A stretch of DNA of 64,000 nt from Octopus sinensis. Taxonomy: Eukaryota. Both the position numbers and the translations under genes were made by a program. Every line of letters begins with the position of its first letter. The first letter of the stretch is position 1. Of this stretch, positions 1 through 10,999 are shown piece after piece. Under the pieces are notes generated by a model. It did no database searches and was not told where the DNA came from. It worked only from the letters and a program-made list of their open reading frames with translations. The stretch is taken from contig NC_043015.1 of the NCBI RefSeq assembly GCF_006345805.1, positions 11,842,001 to 11,906,000 of the forward strand, written 5' to 3'.

Positions 1-897
1 TGCTTTACTCAAGAATACATAATGTTATAAACTGTGAAAGGTTACATTTGTACCATGTATATGATGATTTTACGATATACGTTCTGGGTTATAAAGAACC
101 TGTTGTTGTTAGTTTTGTTGTTGTTGTTGTTGTTCATGGTGGTGTGCTGTTATTGTGTAGTAGATCAGTCGAGGTCGAGTATACTTCGTATTTAAAATCG
201 TTGAAGAGGAATTTTCTGTTTTTCCAGTGAAGCTTACCTTAAAATAGATTATCCAATACATCACGCAAACGTTTTAGAACAGTAATTTCACCAGTTTGTT
301 TCTGAGAGATATAGCGATTATTTCTAACATTTCTAGAAACCGTGTAGAGCCTTTCTCTTTGATTTATCTGGGATATATTTTCAACGTTTGGTAAACCAAC
401 GTTTGTAAAATAAATGTTATGACTCAAGGCAACTGAATTCTGAAATGATGTTCCTTAAGCTGGCAATGCAATATCTCATTTTATTCAATCATTTCTCTTG
501 CGCTTAGTTTATCTTATTTTAACTGACACCCTCTGTCAGTCCACTTTTCTTCGGGCATGAAGGATTTGCTTACTTCTAGGAGAATGAGGAATTTGGCTAT
601 TTCTGGTGGGTATTTCGAGAAACACCCTCTTTGTCTTGCATAGTTACTATTTCTTTTGAATGGCTAAAGTATTGACAGAAGCTACAGAATGAGTAGCTGA
701 AATATCTCATAACTAACATGTAGAAGGACAATGTCCAATAAGTGAGTCCAACTCCACGAATTTACAAGTCTATGACAGACATAATAATATATACATATAT
801 GCATGTATAATTAAATAATGAGCGTAGAAATTGATATTAATCTATTAAAACCAGTGGCTTAGCATTTTTTAAAAATCCGAAGATTAAAAACTATATT

Positions 898-1127
898 ACA
901 TACAAAATTAAGAGGAATGACCACCAAAGTGGACTCCTGATATGCTAAATATAGTCGTCAAATTGCTATTACCACGAAGAGCGTGTTCTCAAGAAAAAAT
1001 TTCAGCAAAACGCATTTTGCTGAAATTTTTTTAGTAGAACACGCTCTTCGTGGTAATAGCGATTTCACGTCTATATTTAGCATATCAGGAGTCCACTTTG
1101 GTGGTCATTCCTTTTAATTTTGTATGT
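898..1127. repeat. Long near-perfect palindrome (113-bp arms, 4-nt loop), probably a PLE-terminus foldback
   Basis: 898-1010 is the reverse complement of 1015-1127 with 8 mismatches; loop CGCA. Confidence 0.95.
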
Positions 1128-1915
1128 TGTATATGTATTATGTGCATGTATATATGTGTGTGCGTGTGTGTGTGTGCCTACATATATATGTGTGTGTGTG
1201 TTTGTATGTATGTATATATGTATAAATACATGTATGTGTGTGTGTGTGTGTACAAGCATATATGTACGACTCCTTCCATGCTACCTCCAACTGGCTCCTA
1301 CGTCCATACTCCTATCGCAGGATTTTCAGTAGCTGTTGGCTCCACATTTAGACATTACTTTCTTCAGTATCTGACACAATTTCCCCAAATCCTGTTTTAG
1401 CCCTTTTAGCCAATAGCCCGTGTACTCCATTTATTCGAAAATCACAATACATAAATTGCTTGCTTGTTTGTGTAGTATAGAAGTCAAGTACTTCGGTACT
1501 CTAACATTTCGGCTGCTCTAACACACTTTCCTTATCACAATTTCTAGTAACACCAAAATCCAAATGTTCATGAGAGGTTGTAGCCCAGTATTTAATTGAT
1601 GCTTATTTCATCGATCTAGGAAGTATGGAATTTTGTCAAACTCAGCATAATTTGAACTCAAAATGGAAAAGATGTGCTGCCACTTCCTACGGTGTTTTGT
1701 TGTAACTCTAACGAATTTGTTATGCAAGACGGCATACTAGACGTTTGGTAATAAGTATGTCTAACTTCGGTAACTTCGGTAGAAATCGAGATATTTGAAT
1801 ATTAGTAAATTCTGTTAATTCTCTTTCATTTCATGGTACATACTGTATCGAGCTTGAAACGGAGTACACAGCCAACGGCAGTAGGATTCCAAATAAAAAC
1901 GTAAAGTAAATAAAT

Positions 1916-2259
1916 ACCTATTTCTTTACTAACCACAGGGGGCTAAATACAGAGAGGACAAACAAGGACAGACAGGCGGATTAAGTCTATTATATCGACC
2001 CTAGTGCGTAACTGGTACTTATTTAATCGACCCCGAAAAGATGAAAGGCAAAGTCGACCTCGGCGGAATTTGTACTCAAAACGTAGCGACAGACGAAATA
2101 CCTATTTCTTTTCTGCCTACAAGGGGCTGCACACAGAGGGACAAACAAGAACAGCCAAACGGATTGAGTTGATTATATCGACCCCCGTGTGTGACTGGTA
2201 CTTAATTTATCGACCCCGAAAGGATGAAAGGCGAAGTCGACCTCGGCGGAATTTGAACT
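1916..2259 (-). mobile_element. SINE family B, two head-to-tail 5'-truncated copies
   Basis: 1916-2102 and 2100-2259 both match the reverse complement of the element at 19099-19330 (GTCGACTTTGCCTTTCATCCTTTCGGGGTCGAT...CCCCTTGTGGGCAGTAAAGAAATAGG). Confidence 0.9.
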
Positions 2260-2659
2260 ACCATCATCACCCGCTTTTCAACCGGGGTGTAGCAAAATAA
2301 TCAATGGTAAGAAAAAAATTGTCTGCCCTTCCAGACCAGAAGGTGAGGGCGGGAGTTATTTTCACGATGAAATTGAAATTATCATACTCTTAATAACATT
2401 ATCTTTGCCCAAATACTTTCTTCTCCCAACATACACAAACTTAGCAAAACATCAACAAACCTGAATAACTGAAACAAATATTTACTAACACAGATTTCAT
2501 CCCAACACTTCATATTTAAATTAAATTTAAATCACTTAATAGTTCAATACTTAATCTTTTCGGTAGTTCTAATTTTTACTCAACTTCGAACAAAGACAGC
2601 TTTGCGGTGTGTGTTTTCTGCCTCTATTCAGAGTTTTCTGATATGGAGAATTGAGAAAT

Positions 2660-2945
2660 AAGTCGGCGCCATTTGCGTTTGTGTTTTGCTACGCAAATGG
2701 ATAACTGGGAGTTTCTTTCAGATGTAATAGCATGTTGGTGTTGTTTTAGGAATTTCTCTCGCTGTAATTATTGCTATTATTTGTAACAATACACTGGTGT
2801 TCCTTTTGTTATTTCCTTCACAACCATTGGAACGCAGTCCGTGAGATAGTTGTGGTCTGTAAACAGTTTTGAGTAGGAACCGAGAAAAGACGAATGAACA
2901 CGCAATGCGCATGTGGACTCTGAGTTCATAAACCGGAAGAGAAGA
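2660..2945. promoter_or_regulatory. Possible promoter-like motif cluster (YY1-, NRF1-, ETS-like)
   Basis: CGCCATTT at 2667, TGCGCATGTG at 2906 and CCGGAAG at 2933 in non-microsatellite sequence. Similar motifs also occur inside TEs in this window. Confidence 0.25.
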
Positions 2946-3777
2946 ATAAAAAGGCAATATCAAACAAGTTATATGATGTTCTGCATGCCACTTCTGACAT
3001 GACTATCATGCAGCTTTGCTACAATTCTCTGTTTTGGGGTTTTTTTTTTTTTTGGTGGGGGGGTTAATGCTGATACTTGTGATTTTGACTCGTGTTTGTA
3101 ACATTTACAGCAGTGCTAAAATTCTTTCTCTTGTCATCTTCTGTGAGCAAATAGGCCTTTTGGTTATTGATGGCACCACATATGTAGCACATAAGCCAAT
3201 TTCTTGCCGACTCTAGAATTAACGAGGAGTCATTTTGAAGTCAGGACGTATCAAATAAAAATACATACGACCTACAAATTGTATGAGTCATTACAATATA
3301 CCATAACTACTAAAAAAAAATAATGATTTAGATCGTTTTTAAGTATCAAAATTCGGAGCGCATGAAATTGATTCGAAATATTCTGTTTCCCGGTCTTTCC
3401 CTTGGAATATTAATTTCAAGCAAAGGAACAACTTTTCAAATTTGCGGAAGAGTAGTAAACACTTGTATCAACCCCGGTACTTGACTACAAGTTTACTTTT
3501 AATGAAATATAGATGCTCATCTCGCCAGAAATATTGGTTTTACTGCTGCAAAATCTAAAATGAACAATGTTCCAAAGGTTGAAAAGCAAATAAACAAATA
3601 GACGGTTAAAAATGCATCAATAAATATAACACAGCCGTAACATGGTTATGGAAAAATAGTGAAATGTCTCAGGAAACAACGACATAACATTTCGAAATGA
3701 AATATGTCAACCGTTATGACAAGACCAAACAATATATATGCGTATGTATGTGATTATAAACAAACGTAAATATACAC

Positions 3778-3778
<1 letters not shown>

Positions 3779-3852
<74 letters not shown>

Positions 3853-3891
3853 CAGATAGATAGATAGATAGATAGATAGACAGATAGATAA

Positions 3892-3962
<71 letters not shown>

Positions 3963-3963
3963 C

Positions 3964-4023
<60 letters not shown>

Positions 4024-4032
4024 ATAGATAGG

Positions 4033-4063
<31 letters not shown>

Positions 4064-4068
4064 GTCGG

Positions 4069-4155
<87 letters not shown>

Positions 4156-4175
4156 GTAGGTCGGTAGATAGATAG
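3779..4175. repeat. (GATA)n microsatellite, ~400 bp
   Basis: Tandem GATA with sparse variants. Confidence 0.99.
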
Positions 4176-5037
4176 TTGTGCAGCAACATACTAAGGCATT
4201 TATGTATATGTATACACACGAATACATATATATCCGTATATATACGTATATGGCTCAGCATCGCTATTAGATGTAGTTGTGTTTTCATTATACATAAATA
4301 TACACATATATGTGTGTGATGTGTATGTGTATTTTTGAGTGAATTCATACACACACACATATTTAATAAATATATAAATTTAATCATTACAACAAAATAT
4401 TTCTAAACTAATAATATGTAACAAAGAGAGAGAGAGATTGAGAGAGAGAGAGGGAGAGAGAGAGGGGTGTAGCACCCTGACGCATTGTTTTCCTGTTTCG
4501 TAGACTGCTCCTCTAAAGAGACGTACTATCTTTCGAATCAATACCAGATCAGCTTCTATATGGCAGTCATAAATTAGGCTAGAGCCGTGATGGAAGGTCT
4601 TGTTTACATATCTGTGATTTAGACGCCTTGTCATTAATTTTACAATATTTAACATATGCATTATCAGCATAAATCGAAAGTGAAATAAATTTAAACATAT
4701 CATAACTACACAATGCCTTCAATAACAATATAAACATATTCTTTCTCTGATATTAGCGTGCGGGGAAAAAGAAAGCTGGAGCCAGCTGATCAGTCGTTGT
4801 ATGGTTTGTTGACTGCCCATTATAGAAGATGTTATTGATTAGTTTCTTAATGAATACCATAGATTAGATGCTATTTAAAGCTGCAATAAACTGTCTGTCA
4901 GGAGACTTCCCCCTTTCTTCTCTCCGTATGTCGATAACATAGAAAGTATCGGTTTCCATTTGTATTACATCTTCTGTGTGGTTTTATAATTTTAAAATTG
5001 TAGTTTTAAATTTATTTCATTTCTAAAGATTTGAGCA

Positions 5038-5068
<31 letters not shown>

Positions 5069-5175
5069 CATACATACATACATACATGCATACATACGTA
5101 CATACATACATACATACGTACGTACGTACATACATACATACATACATACATACATACATACATACATACATGCAT
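5038..5175. repeat. (TACA)n microsatellite
   Basis: Tandem CATA/TACA. Confidence 0.98.
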
Positions 5176-5507
5176 ATATACAAACCTTCCCTGGAACTGT
5201 AAAAATCTTTAAAACGTCCCAGAAGTTTATCATTTAAGTATATATGAGCATGACTAGACATTCAACTATAGGCATGAGAATATATACATAAACCAAAACA
5301 TACAAATCTGTACATATGCATACATACACGCATACATACATATATATATACATTCATATATACATACATACTTAGAAAAAATATATAGGTTACAAACCGG
5401 CTCTTTCTCTATTAGTAAGAGATCTTGAAATAAAACTGCATAATGATGTACATATATAAATGCATACATAGATACATACATACATGCATACATACATACT
5501 TACGCCA

Positions 5508-5933
5508 CAGGCGTAGTTGTGTAGTAAGAGGTTTGCTTGCCGACCATATAGGTCTGAGTTCAGTCGCACTGTGGCATCTTGGACAAGAGTCATCTTCTAA
5601 AGCCTCGGGACCAACAAAGCCGTATGAGTGGGTTTGGTAGAGGAAACTGCAAGAAGTCCGTCGTATGTGCGTGCTTGTGTGTGTGTCTGTGTGCGTGCGT
5701 GCGTGTGTGTGCATGTGTGTGTGTGTGTGTTCGTGTCTGTGTTTATACTCCACCACCGCTTGACGACCCGTCTTGGTTTGTTTACATCCCCGTAACTTAG
5801 CGGTCCGGTAAAACAGACCGATATGGTAGTACCAGCCTTCAAAAGACTACTGGGATTGATTCGCTCGACTTAAAACTCCTTCGACGCAGTACCCCAGCAT
5901 GGACGCAGTCAAATAACTGAAACAAGTAAAAGA
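5508..5933 (+). mobile_element. SINE family A (diverged copy)
   Basis: Colinear with 9812-10200: tRNA-like head, GGCATCTTGGACAAG, internal (TG)n, 3' end AAATAACTGAAACAAGTAAAAG. Confidence 0.9.
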
Positions 5934-5940
5934 AAACAAA

Positions 5941-8046
5941 TATTTACATACATACATACATACATGTATGCACAGATACATATATTCATAGGACATACGT
6001 ACATACATATATACATACATACACACATACATACACACATACATACATACATACATACATACATACATACATACATAAATACATACATACATACATACAT
6101 ACATACATACATACATACATACATACATACATACATACATACATACATACATACATACATACATACATACACACATACATACATACATACATACATAATA
6201 CATACATACATACATAACTACATACATACATACATACATACATAAATACATACATAATAATACATACATACATAAATACATACATACATACATACATACA
6301 TAACTACATACATACATACATACATACATACATACATACATAAATACATACATACATAAATACATACATACATACTACATAAACATACATACATACATAC
6401 AATACATACATACATACATAAATACATACATACATAAATACATACATACAACATACATACATACATACAATACATACATACATACAACATACATACATAA
6501 ATACATACATACATACATACATACATACATACATAATACATACATACATACATACATACATACATACATACATACATACATACACACATACATACATACA
6601 TACATACATACATACATACATACATACATACATACATACATACATACATACATACATACATAAATACATACATACATAAATACATACATACATAAATACA
6701 TACATACATACATACATACATAAATACATACATACATAAATACATACATACTACATACATAAATACATACACACATACACACATACATACATACATACAT
6801 ACATACATACATACATACATACATACATACATAAATACATACACACATACATACATACATACATACATACATAAATACATACATACATAAAATACATTAC
6901 ATACATACATACAACATACATACATAATACATACATACATTACATACATACATAAATATACATACATACATAAATACATACATACATACATACATAAATA
7001 CATACATAACATACATACATACATACATACATACATACATACTACATACATACATACATACATACATAAAACATACATACATACATACATACATAAATAC
7101 ATACATACATAATACATACATACATACATACAAATACATACATACATACAATACATACATACATACTACATACATACATTACATACATACATAAATACAT
7201 ACATACATACATACATACATACATACATACATAAATACATACATAAATACATACATACATACATACATACATACATACATACATACATAAATACATACAT
7301 ACATACATACATACATACATACATAAATACATACATACATACATACATACATACATAAATACATACATACATAAATACATACATACATACATACATAAAT
7401 ACATACATACATACATACATACATACATACATACATACATACATACATAAATACATACATACATAAATACATAAATACATACATACATACATACATACAT
7501 ACATAACATACATACATACATACATACATACATACATACATACATAAATACATACATACATAAATACATAAATACATACATACATACATACATACATACA
7601 TACATACATACATACATAAATACATACATAATAATACATACATACATACATACATAAATACATACATACATACATACATACATACATAAATACATACATA
7701 CATACATACATACATACATAAATACATACATACATACATACATAAATACATAAATACATACATACATACATACATACATACATACATAAATACATACATA
7801 CATACATACATACATACATAAATAAATACATACATACATACATACATACATACATACATACATACATAAATACATACATACATACATACATAAATACATA
7901 CATACATACATACATACATACATACATACATACATACATACATAAATACATACATCATACATACATACATACATACATACATACATACATACATACATAA
8001 CATACATACATACATAAATACATACATACATACATAAATACATACA

Positions 8047-8078
<32 letters not shown>

Positions 8079-8882
8079 ATACATACATACATACATACAT
8101 ATAATACATACATTACATACATACATACATACACATACATACATACATACACATACATACATACATAATACATACATACATACATACATACCATACATAC
8201 ATACATACATACATACATAAATACATACACACACATACACACATACATACATACATACATACATACATAACATACATAAATACATACACACACATACACA
8301 CATACATACATACATACATACATACATACATACATACATAAATACATACACACACATACACACATACATACATACATACATACATACATACATACATACA
8401 TACATACATAAATACATACATACATACATACATACATACATACATACATACATACATACATACATACATACATAAATACATACACACACATACACACATA
8501 CATACATACATACATACACACATACATACATACATACATACATAATAAATACATACATACATACATACATACATACATACATACATAACATACATACATA
8601 CATACATACATACATACATACATACATACATACATACATACATACATACATTAAATACATACACACACATACACACATACACACATACATACATACATAC
8701 ATACATACACACATACATACATAAATACATACATACATACATACATACATACACACATACATACATACATACATACATACACACATACATACATACATAC
8801 ATACATAAATACATACACACACATACATACATACATACATACATACATACATACATACATACATACATACATACATACATAC
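5941..8882. repeat. Very long degenerate (TACA)n array, ~2.9 kb
   Basis: Continuous CATA units with TAAA and CACA variants; source of all the YVCM/IHTY ORFs. Confidence 0.99.
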
Positions 8883-9304
8883 AAAGGTCAAGATGTAAGG
8901 TAGTTGTAAATGGCCAAGAATTACTCGTAATAAAGGCGTTCGAATGAAATATTATCAGTACAAGAAATCAAACTATTGTCCTCAACGTTTAAAGCAGTGT
9001 TTTGTATAATGCACTGTTCGAGAGACTGCAGCTTAGTATTAATCATATGTTTCGTAATTAATGTAAATGTTACATAATATTACATAACGACACGTGTTCA
9101 GCAGAAAGAGGAAACGGTTGTATTTCCTGTTAAGCTGTTATAGAACATAGTTGATATTTTATTCTTGATATTACTTCATTCTACAAATAATATGAAAAAT
9201 CTGTAGAAAATATGATGATGGGAAGTAAGTTACTTATGGAAATTAAATCATTATGATAGCATATGGAACCTGAAATACTCATAGGAAACAAATTTATTCA
9301 GTTA

Positions 9305-9802
9305 CTAGCAGTATCGCCCGGCGTTGCTCGGGTTTGTAAGGGAAATAACTATATAAGCATTTTTAGAGAGTTATAGCCAAAAAATAGCAAAAAAATGCAT
9401 TAAAAATGGAAAAAAAAATGATGGTAATTTTTTTTTTAAATCGTTGACTCATCGTAAACATTTTAGAGAGTTACTTCCCTTATATAATAGCGAAAAAAAT
9501 GCATTAAAATGGAAAAAAATGATGGTAATTTTTTTTTAAATCGTTGACTAATCGTAAACATTTTAGAGAGTTACTTCCCTTATATAATAGCGAAAAAAAT
9601 GCATTAAAATGGAAAAAATGATGGTAATTTTTTTTTTAAATCGTAGACTCATCGTAGACGCGCGCTAATACCCAGAAGGGCTCGATATGAATCACGACTA
9701 TAAGATACCCGCTTTTGGTTAAACTGCACCGCAAAATGTGGGAGTAGTTAGGAATCTAAATCGTAAGAGACAGACACACAACTTCACTTTTATACATAAA
9801 GA
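9305..9802 (-). mobile_element. Non-autonomous Helitron with internal 3 x ~100-bp tandem repeat
   Basis: Minus strand starts TC (9802-9801) and ends CTAG (9308-9305), between A and T. Subterminal hairpin CCCGAGCAACGCCGGG lies ~10 nt before CTAG. Internal units at 9358, 9459 and 9559. Second copy at 29513-29906. Confidence 0.9.
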
Positions 9803-9811
9803 TTACAATAC

Positions 9812-10200
9812 AGGAGTGGCTGTGTGGTAAGTAGCTTGGTAACCAACCACATGGTTCCGGGTTCAGTCCCACTGCGTGGCATCTTGGGCAAGTGTCTTCT
9901 ACTATGGCCCCGGGCCGACCAATGCCTTGTGAGTGGATTTGGTAGAGGGAAACTGAAAGAAGCCTGTCGTATATATGTATATATATATATGTATGTGTGT
10001 ATATGTTTGTGTGTCTGTGTTTGTCCCCCTAGCATTGCTGGTGTGTTTACGTTCCCGTTACTTAGCGGTTCGGCAAAAGAGACCGATAGAATAAGTACTG
10101 GGCTTACAAAGAATAAGTCCCGGGGTTGATTTGCTCGACTAAAGGTGGTGTTCCAGCATGGCCGCAGTCAAATGACTGAAACAAGTAAAAGAGTAAAAGA
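9812..10200 (+). mobile_element. SINE family A (near full length)
   Basis: GAGTGGCTGTGTGGTAAG head with B-box-like GGTTCAGTCCC, CORE-like GGCATCTTGGGCAAGTG, internal (TA)/(TG) tract, (AAAAGAGT)n-like tail; about 14 related copies in the window. Confidence 0.95.
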
Positions 10201-10222
10201 GAGAGAAAGAGTATTTGTGAAA

Positions 10223-10520
10223 CGCTTGGCTTAGTGGGTAGGGGTTTTCGGCTTACGATCGTAAGATCGTGAGTTCAATTCCCAATAACAAGTTGTGTCC
10301 TTGTTGCTTCAGTCTACTCAGTTGGCAAAAAAGAGTTGTACCTGTATTTATTTCAAAGGGCCAGCTTTCTCACACTCTGGGCCACACTGAATGTCCCTGA
10401 GAACTATGTTAAGGGTACACGTATCTGTGGAGTGTTCAGTCACTTGCATGTTAATTTCACAAGCATGCTGTTCCATTGAGCGGATCAACTGGAACCATGG
10501 TGATCGTAACAATACATGCA
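10223..10520 (+). mobile_element. Chimeric tRNA-headed SINE (family E-like head, family D 3' half)
   Basis: Head resembles 10745 (TGGCTTAGTGG...GATCGTAAG); 10340-10520 aligns with 46665-46840. Confidence 0.75.
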
Positions 10521-10744
10521 ATACAAAGTGATGAGGATTTAAGGCAAGTACGAATTCATCGCCTTCTTTTGTGGATAACTTGTCCTAAAGGGCCAGAAGG
10601 TACCTATCATCCTCACTTGTACTATTGCCTTCAGGCATTGGCTTGTTTTTGCTTTTGTAATGTATGTCCTGTAAGATCCTGTCTAGGATCTCTAGAGATC
10701 CCTTTTGTGCCTATATAAATTCAACCCAGCAATCATTTAACACG

Positions 10745-10986
10745 TGGGGGCGTGTGGCTTAGTGGTTAGGGTGTTAGACTCGTGATCGTAAGTTTGTGAT
10801 TTCAGTTCCCTGACCCGGCAACGCGTTGTGTTTTTGATCAAAACCCTTCATTTCAAGTTGCTACAGTCTCCACTCAGCTGGCAAACATGAGTAATCCTGC
10901 AACAGACCGGTGCCCATCCCGGGGGAAATATGTAACCATGTAAACCTGGAAATCAGTCCGATAAGTCTATACGACTCAGAAGGACC
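10745..10986 (+). mobile_element. tRNA-headed SINE (family E)
   Basis: A-box-like GTGGCTTAGTGG; 3' part CCTGCAACAGACCGGTGCCCATCCCGGGGG resembles the 3' domain of family C. Confidence 0.7.
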
Positions 10987-10999
10987 TTTATACTTTATT

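Noticed and set aside
5847-8891. Long ORFs (up to 570 aa) of YVCM repeats
   Set aside because: Translations of the (TACA)n array; the same applies to the IYLS, YIYI, poly-E, poly-G and poly-N ORFs elsewhere.
9358-9658. CRISPR-like or satellite array
   Set aside because: Three contiguous 100-bp units with no unique spacers, inside Helitron termini; eukaryotic context.
9305-10200. Fixed Helitron-SINE A composite element
   Set aside because: SINE A lies on opposite sides of the two Helitron copies, so adjacency is best explained by high SINE density.
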